64,000 bases of DNA from an uncultured Chloroflexia bacterium. Lineage in GTDB: Bacteria; Chloroflexota; Limnocylindria; Limnocylindrales; CSP1-4. A program made the position numbers and the translations under genes. The notes beneath the pieces are model-generated. The model saw nothing but the letters and a program-made list of their open reading frames with translations, was not told where the DNA came from and made no database searches. The stretch is taken from contig CAVZXW010000024.1 in assembly GCA_963779375.1 (NCBI GenBank), positions 142,734 to 206,733 of the forward strand. The letters are read 5' to 3'. Shown piece by piece: positions 1 to 9,596 of this stretch. Within the stretch, counting starts at the first letter, position 1. Every line of letters begins with the position of its first letter.

Positions 1-5
1 CCGCC

Positions 6-1643
6 ATGTCGGTGCTTCGAACCCGGGTCACGGCAGGCGGCCCGGATCCGGCCGCCAACCGTGCGGCGATGGAGACGCTCGTCGCGGAGCTTCGCGAGCG
101 ACAGCGTGCCGTGGCGGGCCGGGACGCCGGCGGGGACGACGCGGCCGTCGCGCGGCACCGCGCGCGCGGGAAGCTTCCCGTGCGCGAGCGGATCGACCGG
201 CTCCTCGACCCTGGCACCGCCTTCCTCGAACTCAGCCCCCTGGCCGGGGACGCCGTCTACGACGAGCCGGTGCCCTCCGCGGGCATCGTCACGGGGATCG
301 GGCGCGTCGAGGGGACGACGTGCGTGGTGATCGCCAACGACGCGACCGTCAAGGGCGGCACGTATTACCCACTCACCGTGCGGAAGCATCTCCGCGCCCA
401 GGAGATCGCGCTCGAGAACCGGCTGCCCTGCCTGTACCTGGTCGATTCCGGAGGCGCGTACCTTCCGCTGCAGGCGCAGGTGTTCCCGGACCGGGACCAC
501 TTCGGCCGGATCTTCTACAACCAGGCGCGCATGTCGGCGCTGGGCATCCCGCAGGTCGCGCTCGTCATGGGCAGCTGCACGGCCGGCGGCGCATACGTGC
601 CGGCGATGAGCGACGAGACGGTCATCGTGCGGGGAACCGGCACGATTTTCCTGGGCGGGCCGCCGCTCGTGAAGGCGGCAACCGGGGAGGATGTCACGGC
701 CGAGGATCTCGGCGGGGCCGACGTCCACACGCGCGTCAGCGGCGTGGCCGACCACGAGGCGCTGAACGACGAGCACGCCCTCGCCATCGGTCGGTCGATC
801 GTGCGCAACCTGTCGCGCCGCGCACCGGATCCGCCGTGGGATCGCCTGGCCCCCGAACCCCCCGCGGTGGGATCGGATGGAACGGATGGATCGGCCGGCC
901 TCTACGACCTCATCCCGACCGACCTGCGCGCGGGCCGGCTGGACGCACACGAGCTCATCGCTCGCCTGGTGGACGGCAGCCGGTTCCACGAGTTCAAGGC
1001 GCTCTACGGCGAGACGCTGGTGTGCGGCTTCGCTCACCTGGAGGGGTACCCGGTCGCGATCCTCGCCAACGACGGCGTCCTGTTCGGCGAATCGGCGCTG
1101 AAGGGCGCGCACTTCATCGAGCTGGCGGCGCAGCGTCGCGTCCCGCTCGTGTTCCTGCAGAACATCACCGGCTTCATGGTGGGGCGCGAGTACGAGGCCG
1201 CCGGCATCGCGAAGCACGGCGCCAAGCTCGTGAGCGCGGTGGCGTGCGCCGAGGTGCCGAAGTTCACGGTCCTGACCGGTGGCAGCTTCGGGGCCGGCAA
1301 CTACGCCATGGCGGGCCGCGCGTACCAGCCGCGCTTCCTGTGGTCATGGCCGAACAGCCGGATCAGCGTGATGGGCGGGCAGCAGGCCGCGCGCGTCCTC
1401 TCGACCGTTCGCGAGTCGTCGCTGCCGGACGGGCGGTGGCCGTCGGAGGCGGCGCGGGAGGCCTTCGAGGCACCGATCCTGGCGTCCTACGAACGCGAGG
1501 GTTCGCCGTGGTACGCCACGGCGCGGTTGTGGGACGACGGCGTGATCGATCCGCTCGACACGCGCAGGGTGCTGGCACTCGGGATCGAGGCGTCACTCCA
1601 CGCACCGATCCCGGAGACGAGGTTCGGCGTCTTCCGCATGTAG
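6..1643 (+). CDS. mccB: Methylcrotonoyl-CoA carboxylase beta subunit (carboxyltransferase)
   Basis: 545 aa ORF with [40 protein letters not shown] and C-terminal FGVFRM typical of MCC-beta; next to biotin carboxylase and HMG-CoA lyase. Confidence 0.9.
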   Translation: MSVLRTRVTAGGPDPAANRAAMETLVAELRERQRAVAGRDAGGDDAAVARHRARGKLPVRERIDRLLDPGTAFLELSPLAGDAVYDEPVPSAGIVTGIGRVEGTTCVVIANDATVKGGTYYPLTVRKHLRAQEIALENRLPCLYLVDSGGAYLPLQAQVFPDRDHFGRIFYNQARMSALGIPQVALVMGSCTAGGAYVPAMSDETVIVRGTGTIFLGGPPLVKAATGEDVTAEDLGGADVHTRVSGVADHEALNDEHALAIGRSIVRNLSRRAPDPPWDRLAPEPPAVGSDGTDGSAGLYDLIPTDLRAGRLDAHELIARLVDGSRFHEFKALYGETLVCGFAHLEGYPVAILANDGVLFGESALKGAHFIELAAQRRVPLVFLQNITGFMVGREYEAAGIAKHGAKLVSAVACAEVPKFTVLTGGSFGAGNYAMAGRAYQPRFLWSWPNSRISVMGGQQAARVLSTVRESSLPDGRWPSEAAREAFEAPILASYEREGSPWYATARLWDDGVIDPLDTRRVLALGIEASLHAPIPETRFGVFRM

Positions 1644-1666
1644 GCGCGCACCCGGCGCGCCATCCG

Positions 1667-1672
1667 TACAAT
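1667..1672 (+). promoter_or_regulatory. Candidate -10 element (TACAAT) for the SemiSWEET gene
   Basis: TACAAT just after the mccB stop, about 80 nt upstream of ATG 1756; stands out in GC-rich context. Confidence 0.5.
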
Positions 1673-1755
1673 CGACGCTGCCGCGCGTGCGCTCCTCCTG
1701 TGATCCAGTGAGCACGGCCCGTTCGTTCGAGCGCCGGTTGTTCCGGAGAATCACG

Positions 1756-2085
1756 ATGGATGCGCTCGCCGTCCTCGCGGGGTCGTGGGGCGTCCTCATG
1801 GGGATCAGCCCGCTGCTGCAGATCCGCCGCATCGTCCAGCGGGGATCCTCGGCAGACGTGTCGATCGGGTACCTGACGGTCCTGATCGTGGGCTTCGCCC
1901 TGTGGGCGGCCTACGGGGCCTCGATCGCGAACGTGGCCCTCATCATCTCGAACAGCGTCGCCCTCGTCGTCGGCCTCGCCACGATCGCGATCGCACGACG
2001 GTATCGGCACCCCGCCGGGCCGGGCCCGGTGGGCCTGCAGGGTCCGGCCGGGACCGCGACGACAGAGGGACGCGCCGCCGACTGA
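1756..2085 (+). CDS. SemiSWEET / PQ-loop family small transporter
   Basis: Three hydrophobic helices; PLLQIRRI..SSADVS..LWAAYG..IISN pattern; GGAGA SD before ATG 1756. Confidence 0.8.
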   Translation: MDALAVLAGSWGVLMGISPLLQIRRIVQRGSSADVSIGYLTVLIVGFALWAAYGASIANVALIISNSVALVVGLATIAIARRYRHPAGPGPVGLQGPAGTATTEGRAAD

Positions 2086-2214
2086 GTCGCCCGGCGCAAG
2101 GGGCGGGATCGCCCCACCGGCAAGGGCGATCGCTCGCCCCGCACGGCCGATCCGTCGCCAGGCACGGTCTGCCCCTCGCCCGGACCGCCACGGCGGTGCC
2201 GCTACCATGGCGGC

Positions 2215-4128
2215 GTGACGAGCGTCCCGGCCGACGGCCCGATCCGCGTCCTGTTCGTCGCCAACCGCGGCGAGATCGCGGCGCGCATCGAGCGTACCTG
2301 TCGTCGCCTGCGCATCGCCGCAATCCTGCCGCACCGGGACACGGACCCCGGCCTGGACCTTCTCGATTCCGCCGCCGTGGTGACAGCCGCGGTGCGGGCG
2401 GGCGCCGACGCCGTGCACCCCGGGTATGGCTTCCTCTCGGAGAGCGCGGCGTTCGCCCGGGACGTGCTCGAGGCCGGCCTGCGATGGGTCGGTCCGCCGC
2501 CGCCGGCGATGCGGGCCATGGGCGACAAGTCGGCCGCGCGGCGCCTCGCCGCCTCGCTCGGCATCCCCGTGCTCCCCGGGTACGACGGCAACGGCCAGTC
2601 CGACGATGACCTCCTGTCCGCGGCCCGCGGCATCGGCTTCCCGGTCCTCGTCAAGCCTGCCGGCGGTGGAGGCGGCAAGGGGATGCGGATCGCGACCGAT
2701 GCCGTCGAACTCGCCCATGCGCTCGCCGCGTCGCGGCGGGAGGCGCTGGCGGCGTTCGGCGACGGCCGGTTGCTGCTGGAGCGACACGTCGCCTCGGGAC
2801 GTCACGTCGAGATCCAGGTGCTGTTCGACGCAGCCGGCGCCAGCGTCCACCTCGGCGAACGCGACTGCTCACTGCAACGGCGGTACCAGAAGGTGCTGGA
2901 GGAGGCACCCGGACCCGGTGTCGACGCGCGACTGCGCGGCCAGCTCACCCGGGCCGCGCTCCGGCTGGCAACCGCCGTCGGGTACGTCTCCGCCGGCACG
3001 TGCGAGTTCCTCGTGGAAGGGCCCGACCGGTGGTGGTTCCTCGAGATGAACACGCGGCTCCAGGTGGAGCACCCCGTGACGGAGCTCGTGACGGGCCGCG
3101 ACCTGGTCGCAGACCAGCTGGGGATCGCGGCAGGCGAGCCGCTGCCCTTCGCACAGGCCGACGTGCACGCACGCGGCCACGCCGTCGAGGTCCGGTTGTA
3201 CGCCGAGGACCCCGCCGCCGGGTTCCTGCCGGCGACCGGCCGCGTCGCCATGGTCCGCTGGCCCGAACGGGCGGACGTGCGGGTCGAGTCCGGGATCGAG
3301 ACTGGCGACGAGGTCTCGGGCCGGTTCGACCCGATGCTCGCCAAGCTGGCCGCCTGGGGGCGCACCCGCGACGCCGCGCTGGACCGGCTCGCGGCCGCGC
3401 TCGACGAGACCGTCGTACTCGGCGTGACGACGAACCTGCGCTTCCTGCGCTGGCTCGTGCGATCAGACGTGGTGCGCGGTGGCCGTGGCCGAACCGACAC
3501 GCTGGACGGGCACTGGCCGCCACCCGGCGGATGGCAGATGCCGGACGTCCCTGCGGCGGCATGGCGGCTGGCGGGCCGCGAGCTGCTGGATACGGGCGTC
3601 TCCGGTCGGGAGCACGATCCGTGGAACGGTGGCTGGCGGATCAACGCGCCGCCGACCGTCCGCGTCCGGGCGGGTGACGACGAGCGGGCGGTAAGGGATC
3701 CGCTCGGACGCGACGACGTGCTGCCGGAGTTCGCGTACGCCCGGGATGGAGACGGCGTGCACGTGGACGTCGAGGGCCGGAGCGTCTCCTTCCACCTCGC
3801 GGGCGCCCCGGACGTCGACCGCGCGGCCCGCGACGCGGCACACCAGGGATCCGCGGGCTCGTCGCGCGTCACGGCCCCGATGCCGGGTCGGGTCCTCGCC
3901 GTGCATGCGCCGGAGGGGGCATCCGTGGCGGCCGGCGACCCCGTCGCGACGCTCGAGGCGATGAAGATGGAACACGTGGTCACCGCGCCCCGCGCCGGCA
4001 CTCTCCGGGAGCTGCTCGTGCGCACGGGCGACCAGGTGGCCGCGGGCCAGCTGCTCGCGGTGATCGGCGCTCGTGATGGGGGGACGCCCGGCCGGGGCGG
4101 TTCCGACGTCCCCGCTCGAGGAGGATGA
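2215..4128 (+). CDS. mccA: Biotin carboxylase / biotin carrier (MCC alpha subunit)
   Basis: ANRGEIA, HPGYGFLSE, GGGGKGMR, ERDCSLQRR, EMNTRLQVEHPVTE and biotinylation motif EAMKM. Confidence 0.9.
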   Translation: MTSVPADGPIRVLFVANRGEIAARIERTCRRLRIAAILPHRDTDPGLDLLDSAAVVTAAVRAGADAVHPGYGFLSESAAFARDVLEAGLRWVGPPPPAMRAMGDKSAARRLAASLGIPVLPGYDGNGQSDDDLLSAARGIGFPVLVKPAGGGGGKGMRIATDAVELAHALAASRREALAAFGDGRLLLERHVASGRHVEIQVLFDAAGASVHLGERDCSLQRRYQKVLEEAPGPGVDARLRGQLTRAALRLATAVGYVSAGTCEFLVEGPDRWWFLEMNTRLQVEHPVTELVTGRDLVADQLGIAAGEPLPFAQADVHARGHAVEVRLYAEDPAAGFLPATGRVAMVRWPERADVRVESGIETGDEVSGRFDPMLAKLAAWGRTRDAALDRLAAALDETVVLGVTTNLRFLRWLVRSDVVRGGRGRTDTLDGHWPPPGGWQMPDVPAAAWRLAGRELLDTGVSGREHDPWNGGWRINAPPTVRVRAGDDERAVRDPLGRDDVLPEFAYARDGDGVHVDVEGRSVSFHLAGAPDVDRAARDAAHQGSAGSSRVTAPMPGRVLAVHAPEGASVAAGDPVATLEAMKMEHVVTAPRAGTLRELLVRTGDQVAAGQLLAVIGARDGGTPGRGGSDVPARGG

Positions 4129-5147
4129 CGGCCATGACGGGTGACCCGGGCGGATGGCCGGCGAGTGGCGGCGCCGAGGCGGGCAGCCCCACGGGCGGCG
4201 TGGCCGGCCGTCAGGCCGTTCGCGTCTACGAGGTGGGGCCGCGGGACGGCCTCCAGAACGAGTCGCGCGTCGTGTCAACCGAGGACAAGCGGCGCTTCGT
4301 CGGGCTGCTCGCGGCCGCCGGCCTGCGCGAGATCGAGGCGACCAGCTTCGTGTCGCCCCGGTCGGTGCCGCAGCTCGCCGATGCGGACGAGCTGGTGCGC
4401 TCGCTCCCCGGCGACGACGGAATCCGGTACCCGGTCCTCGTCCCCAACGCGCGGGGCCTGGAGCGCGCCGAGGCAGCCGGCGCGCGGGCCGTGGCGGTCT
4501 TCACCGCCGCCACGGACGAGTTCACGCACCACAACATCGGCATGAGCGTCCAGGCGTCGCTCGACGCCTTCCGACCCGTACTCGAGCGCGCCGGCCGGCT
4601 CGGCTGGTGGCGCCGGGCGTACGTCTCGACGGCGTTCGGGTGCCCCTATTCGGGCCGCGTCGAGCCCGGGCGTGCGGTCGCGGTCGCGCTTCGCCTGCTC
4701 GACCTGGGAATCGACGAGGTGTGTTTCGGCGACACGATCGGGGTCGCGGTGCCGACCGACGTGCGCGCCCTTCTCGCCCGTGCACTGGAGGCGGGGGTCC
4801 CCGTCTCGCGCATGGCGCTGCATTTCCACGACACGCGAGGGACCGCCCTTGCCAACGTCGTGGCGGGGCTCGAGGCGGGCGTGCGCTGCTTCGACGCCTC
4901 CGCCGGAGGCACGGGCGGCTGCCCGTACGCGCCCGGTGCCGCCGGAAACCTGGCGACCGAGGACCTGGTCTTCCTGCTCGATGGCATGGGTTTCCAGCAC
5001 GGCGTGGATCTTCCGCGGCTCCTCGCCGCCGCCCAATTCATGGCCGCGCGCCTCGGCCGGCCGCTGTCGTCCAGGGTCGGCCGGGCCGGTGGGTGGGATC
5101 CGGCAACGGGCCGATCGACCGGCGCGGACGGGGACGCCGCCGGCTGA
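4125..5147 (+). CDS. Hydroxymethylglutaryl-CoA lyase
   Basis: EVGPRDGLQNE, HFHDTRG, GGCPYAPGAAGNLATED; overlaps the upstream stop. Confidence 0.93.
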   Translation: MTAMTGDPGGWPASGGAEAGSPTGGVAGRQAVRVYEVGPRDGLQNESRVVSTEDKRRFVGLLAAAGLREIEATSFVSPRSVPQLADADELVRSLPGDDGIRYPVLVPNARGLERAEAAGARAVAVFTAATDEFTHHNIGMSVQASLDAFRPVLERAGRLGWWRRAYVSTAFGCPYSGRVEPGRAVAVALRLLDLGIDEVCFGDTIGVAVPTDVRALLARALEAGVPVSRMALHFHDTRGTALANVVAGLEAGVRCFDASAGGTGGCPYAPGAAGNLATEDLVFLLDGMGFQHGVDLPRLLAAAQFMAARLGRPLSSRVGRAGGWDPATGRSTGADGDAAG

Positions 5148-5218
5148 GCCGGACCCGGGGCCATGCGGGCATGGACGCCGGCGCCTTCCGGCGCCGACTG
5201 GCATGCTTCCGCTGGCGA

Positions 5219-5710
5219 TCATCTGCGGCGGCGCGGCGGCGTCGGCTCCGCCGGCTCTTCCGGCCAGTCGAAGCCGGTCGGCTCGTGAGTCTCCTGATCA
5301 CCGCCAGCCGGTCCGCTCTCCGACGGGGACGCCAGGCGGACCACCGAGCGCGTCGCGCGGGCGGGCGCGGCCGACCGGTCCGGTGGCCGCGCCATCATCT
5401 CGACCGCGAGCAGGGCGAGCGCAGCCGGCAGCAACACGAAGGCCACGGCACCGGGCAGGAAGAACACGATCCCGAGCGCGACGAGAGCGACGACGATCCG
5501 CAGGAGCCGGTTGTACGCGACGCGGCGGACGGCGAATCGCCCGGCGACGATGGCAACGAATGTGCCGCCCACGACGAGAAGGACCAGGGCCACCAGGGAC
5601 GGATCCGCCAGTGACTGGACGATCCCGGCGACCGCCAGCATCGCGAGGCCGGTCGCGGCGAGCCAGAGCGGGATGTCGCGCACGGTGAGGAAGGGTCGGA
5701 GGCGCTCCAC
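5219..5710 (-). CDS. Hypothetical membrane protein (about 4 TM)
   Basis: Hydrophobic helices; GTG 5710 preceded by TACGAT 6 nt upstream (leaderless-type). Confidence 0.6.
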   Translation of the reverse strand: MERLRPFLTVRDIPLWLAATGLAMLAVAGIVQSLADPSLVALVLLVVGGTFVAIVAGRFAVRRVAYNRLLRIVVALVALGIVFFLPGAVAFVLLPAALALLAVEMMARPPDRSAAPARATRSVVRLASPSESGPAGGDQETHEPTGFDWPEEPAEPTPPRRRR

Positions 5711-5793
5711 GCCCAAATCGTAGCTGCCGGCAGCGGAGCGATGGCCGGGTCGCCGCTCGGCGGCCCGTCGGGGGCCACCCGCGCGCACCCGCG

Positions 5794-6948
5794 TCAGCTC
5801 ACGCGCAGTCCCAGGATCTCGCGGCCGATCACGAGCCGCTGGATCTGGCTCGTCCCCTCCCCGATCTCGGTGAGCTTGGCGTCACGGAGATAGCGCTCCA
5901 CGCGATACTCCTCGATGTACCCGTAGCCACCGTGGATCTGCACGGCCGCGTTGGTCGCCCTCGACGCGACCTCGGACGCGAAGAGCTTCGCCTGGGCGGC
6001 CTCGAGCCGGTACGGCCGGCCGCGGTCCTTGAGCCAGGCGGCCCGGTAGACGAGCGCGCGCGCCGCGGCGACCTCGGTGGCCATGTCGGCCACCATGAAC
6101 GCCACGCCCTCGAACGTGCCGATGGCCCGCCCGAACTGCTCGCGCTGGCGCGCGTAGGCGGCCGACGCGTCGAGCGCGGCCTGGGATATCCCGAGCGCCA
6201 TGGCGGCGATCGAGATCCGACCGCCGTCCAGGACCTGCATCAACATCGGGAACCCGCCGCCCGGCTCGCCGAGAAGGTTCGCCGAGGGAATGCGGCAGCC
6301 GTCGAAGTGGAGCTCGCCCGTGGCGGAGGCGTGGAGGCCCATCTTCTCCTCGAGCCGCCCCACGGAGAACCCGGGCGCATCGGCCGGCACGATGAACGCG
6401 CTGACGTCAGCCGATCCGTCCGGACGGCTGCCGGTCCGTGCCGCGACGATGTACGTGCCGGCCTGGCCCGCGTTCGTGATGAACCGCTTCTCGCCGTCGA
6501 GGACCCACGAGTCACCCTCTCGGCGGGCTGTCGTGCGCGTGGCTCCCGCGTCGCTCCCGGCGCCCGGCTCGGTCAGTCCGTACGCCCCGATCACGCGGCC
6601 CGACGCCATGGGCACCAGGTATCGCTCACGCTGCTCGGGGGTTCCGAAGAGGTGGACGGGCCCGCATCCGAGGCTGGTGTGCGCGGCGACGATCAGCGCG
6701 AGCGAGCCCCACGTGCGCGCCATCTCCTCGACGGCAACGGCATACGCGAGCGTGTCCATGCCGGCCCCGCCCTCGTCCTCGGGATACGGGATCCCGAGCC
6801 AGCCGAGTTCGCCGATGTGGCGGACGATCTCGGAGGGGAAGCGGCGCTGACGCTCGTGATCGGACACGACAGGCTCGACCTCCCGGTCGAGGAAGTCGCG
6901 AACGGTTTCCCTGAGGAGCCGATGCTCCTGCGGCAGCTCGAGATCCAC
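5794..6948 (-). CDS. Acyl-CoA dehydrogenase (short/branched chain)
   Basis: YGLTEPGAGSDA, GEKRFITN, REQFGRAI, QIHGGYGY, EIGEGTSQIQR; start set at GTG 6948. Confidence 0.93.
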   Translation of the reverse strand: MDLELPQEHRLLRETVRDFLDREVEPVVSDHERQRRFPSEIVRHIGELGWLGIPYPEDEGGAGMDTLAYAVAVEEMARTWGSLALIVAAHTSLGCGPVHLFGTPEQRERYLVPMASGRVIGAYGLTEPGAGSDAGATRTTARREGDSWVLDGEKRFITNAGQAGTYIVAARTGSRPDGSADVSAFIVPADAPGFSVGRLEEKMGLHASATGELHFDGCRIPSANLLGEPGGGFPMLMQVLDGGRISIAAMALGISQAALDASAAYARQREQFGRAIGTFEGVAFMVADMATEVAAARALVYRAAWLKDRGRPYRLEAAQAKLFASEVASRATNAAVQIHGGYGYIEEYRVERYLRDAKLTEIGEGTSQIQRLVIGREILGLRVS

Positions 6949-7006
6949 GGGCAGGCACGGTACCACGCGGCGCCGTCGCCGCCCATTCCCGGGACGCCGC
7001 CGTCCG

Positions 7007-7031
7007 CCTCGCGGCCATTCCGGCCGCGAGG
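7007..7031 (-). terminator. 10-bp GC hairpin directly after the micro-ORF stop
   Basis: CCTCGCGGCC-attcc-GGCCGCGAGG perfect inverted repeat; no U-tract. Confidence 0.45.
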
Positions 7032-7035
7032 CGCG

Positions 7036-7098
7036 TCAGACCTTCGGCTTCTTCGGCTGCTTCGGCTTCGGTGGACGCTTGGGAGTCTTGTCACCCAT
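7036..7098 (-). CDS. 20-aa Lys/Pro-rich micro-protein MGDKTPKRPPKPKQPKKPKV
   Basis: Read manually on the minus strand: GGAGGT SD 5 nt before ATG, TACGCT -10 at 7117-7122, hairpin after the stop. Confidence 0.6.
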   Translation of the reverse strand: MGDKTPKRPPKPKQPKKPKV

Positions 7099-7286
7099 CT
7101 GGCACCTCCGGGCCCAAGCGTACGACACGCGGCGCACGTGTCGCTCGCCGTGCCGGAGCCGCGACCCGGGCGGGCTGCCATCGCGCGCCAGGGGGCCCTG
7201 CCATCGCGCGCCAAGGGCGGTCGTGCCCGTTCCTGAGGGCCAACCGACCGTTGACGCCGTTGGTGGGAGCGGCGGATGGTCCGGTC

Positions 7287-8618
7287 GTGGCCATCATCCT
7301 CCCGCCCGGAATCCCTCCGGCAGGGGCCGTCGGGCATGCACCGGCAGCCCCCGGGGTCATCGTCGGCAGGTCGGTGCCCCGCCGTGACGCCGCCGCCAAG
7401 CTCGCGGGGCAGGCGCGGTACGTCGCCGATCTGCACGTCCCCGGAACCTGGCACGGCGTGACGGTGCGTGCGACGGAGCCTCACGCGCGGTTGCTCGGCA
7501 TCGATCTCGGCCCCGCGTTCGACTGGTCGCGCGTCGTGGTCCTGACCGCGGCCGACGTGCCGGGCGAGAACGTCGTGCACCTGATGGCCGACGACCAGCC
7601 CGTCCTCGTCGCCGACGAGATCCGCCACGTCGGCGAGCCCGTCGCACTGATCGCCGCGCCCGACCTGTCGACCGCCCTCGCGGCGCGCGACCACGTCGTC
7701 CTGCGCACCGAACCGCTCCCGCCGGTCCTCGACCCGCTCGCGTCCGAGCGGTCGTTCGCCAGCTACGAGATCGCCAGGGGCGACACGGCAGCCGGTTTCG
7801 CCGCGGCCGATCTCGTGATCGAGGGGACGTACACGGTCGGACGGCAGGAACAGCTCTACCTCGAGACGCAGGGCATGCTGGCCGTGCCTCGCGAGGCCGG
7901 CGGGGTGACGGTCCACGGCTCGCTGCAGTGCCCGTACTACGTGCACGCCGCGCTGCGTCGCGCGCTGGCGCTCGACGACGCGCAGTTCTCGGTGGTCCAG
8001 GCCGAGACGGGCGGCGGCTTCGGCGGCAAGGAGGAATTCCCCTCGGGGCTCGCGATCCACGCGGCGATGCTCGCCATGCGCTGCGGGCATCCCGTCCGGA
8101 TGATCTACGACCGGCACGAGGACCTCGTGGCCACCACGAAGCGGCACCCCGCCATCGTGCGGAGCCGGATGGGCGTGACGCGGGACGGCAAGCTCGTGGC
8201 ACAGGACATCGACATCGTGATGGACGCCGGCGCATATGCCACCCTCTCCGCCGTCGTCCTGTCCCGCGGCACCATCCACGCCGGCGGCCCCTACCGCTGT
8301 CCGAACGTCCGCATCCGTTCCCGTGCCGTGATGACCAATACGCCGCCGAGCGGCGCGTTCCGCGGCTTCGGGGCACCGCAGACGGAGTTTGCCGCGGAGA
8401 TGCAGGTGAACCGCGCCGCGGAGGCCCTCGGGGTGTCGCCGGCCGTGCTGCGGGCGCGCTGGGCGTACGGCATCGGCGATACGACCGCCACCGGCCAGGT
8501 GCTGCGCGACAGCGTGGGGGCACGGTCCGTGCTCGAACGGGTCGTGGAGGCGAGCCGGTTCGAGGAAGTCCGGACGGCCACGGCCGAGGCGCGCGCAGGG
8601 ACACGAGGCCGGCGATGA
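7287..8618 (+). CDS. Xanthine dehydrogenase family Mo-binding subunit, N-terminal part
   Basis: DAAAKLAGQARYVAD, QEQLYLET, GGGFGGK, AFRGFGAPQ; start uncertain; ends at a TGA in frame with the next ORF. Confidence 0.85.
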   Translation: MAIILPPGIPPAGAVGHAPAAPGVIVGRSVPRRDAAAKLAGQARYVADLHVPGTWHGVTVRATEPHARLLGIDLGPAFDWSRVVVLTAADVPGENVVHLMADDQPVLVADEIRHVGEPVALIAAPDLSTALAARDHVVLRTEPLPPVLDPLASERSFASYEIARGDTAAGFAAADLVIEGTYTVGRQEQLYLETQGMLAVPREAGGVTVHGSLQCPYYVHAALRRALALDDAQFSVVQAETGGGFGGKEEFPSGLAIHAAMLAMRCGHPVRMIYDRHEDLVATTKRHPAIVRSRMGVTRDGKLVAQDIDIVMDAGAYATLSAVVLSRGTIHAGGPYRCPNVRIRSRAVMTNTPPSGAFRGFGAPQTEFAAEMQVNRAAEALGVSPAVLRARWAYGIGDTTATGQVLRDSVGARSVLERVVEASRFEEVRTATAEARAGTRGRR

Positions 8619-8645
8619 CGCCGCCGGGATGCCGGGCCCGACGGC

Positions 8646-9596
8646 ATGGGCCAGGCGCAGGAGGCGGCCGGGCGCGAGCATCCTGCCCACGGCATCGGCG
8701 TCGCCATGGGATGGCACGGAGCGGGCTTCACCGGCTCGGGCGAGGAGCACCTGGCCAGCGTCGTGCGGGTCGAGGTGACCGCAGACGGGCGGATCGTGCT
8801 GGCCACCGACTCGACGGAGATCGGGCAGGGCTCGCGGACGGTGCTGCCACAGCTCGTTGCCGAGGAACTCGGCGTCGACGTGAACATGGTCGAGGTCGCG
8901 CCGATGGACACCGCGATCGTGCCCAACAGCGGCCCGACGGTCGCCAGCCGGACGACGATGGTGATCGGCGGGCTGCTCGTGACGGCGGCGCGCCGGCTCC
9001 GCGCGGAGGTCGAGGGTCGCACCGGCCGTCCGTTCGCGGAGTCGTACGCGGACGATGCGCGGGATCACGGGCCGGCCGACGCGGTCGAGCAATTCGCCGG
9101 CTACCCGGGCATCGAGTGGGACGAGGCGACGCACCGTGGCGACGCGTACCCGGCCTATGGGTGGGCAGCGGCGACCGCCGAGGTCGACGTCGATCTCGAC
9201 ACGGGCGAGGTCACGGTCAGGTCCGTCGTCGCCGCCGACGACGTCGGGCGCGCGGTGAACCCGATGCTCGCGACCGGGCAGGTCGAGGGCGGCACCCTGC
9301 AGGGCGTGGGCTACGCGACGATCGAGGAGACACGGCTCGAGAACGGTCGCGTGCTCAACGACCGCATGGCCACCTACCTGGTGCCCACGGCGATGGACGC
9401 GCCCCGGATCGAGGCGATCCTGGTCGAGGAGCCGTTCGAGGGCGCGCCGCACCGGGCGAAGGGGCTCGGCGAACTGCCGATGGACGTGCCGGCCCCCGCG
9501 GTCGTGGCCGCGATCCACGATGCGACCGGCGTGTGGATCCACGACCTGCCCGCATCGCCGGAACGGATCCTCGCGGCGCTGCAGGCGCGCCGATGA
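8646..9596 (+). CDS. Xanthine dehydrogenase family Mo-binding subunit, C-terminal part
   Basis: EIGQG, GPTVASRTT, DVGRAVNP, GQVEGG, AKGLGE (catalytic Glu). Confidence 0.88.
   Translation: MGQAQEAAGREHPAHGIGVAMGWHGAGFTGSGEEHLASVVRVEVTADGRIVLATDSTEIGQGSRTVLPQLVAEELGVDVNMVEVAPMDTAIVPNSGPTVASRTTMVIGGLLVTAARRLRAEVEGRTGRPFAESYADDARDHGPADAVEQFAGYPGIEWDEATHRGDAYPAYGWAAATAEVDVDLDTGEVTVRSVVAADDVGRAVNPMLATGQVEGGTLQGVGYATIEETRLENGRVLNDRMATYLVPTAMDAPRIEAILVEEPFEGAPHRAKGLGELPMDVPAPAVVAAIHDATGVWIHDLPASPERILAALQARR

Noticed and set aside
6693-9542. 949-aa minus-strand ORF and similar long shadow ORFs (e.g. 11957-14044, 42683-44806, 53390-55552, 58112-60694)
   Set aside because: Antisense or off-frame to well-supported genes, Arg/Pro/Gly-rich and without motifs; expected at this GC content.
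7928-9592. N-terminal half of the 1055-aa ORF
   Set aside because: Overlaps the Mo-subunit genes out of frame; the real protein starts at ATG 9593.
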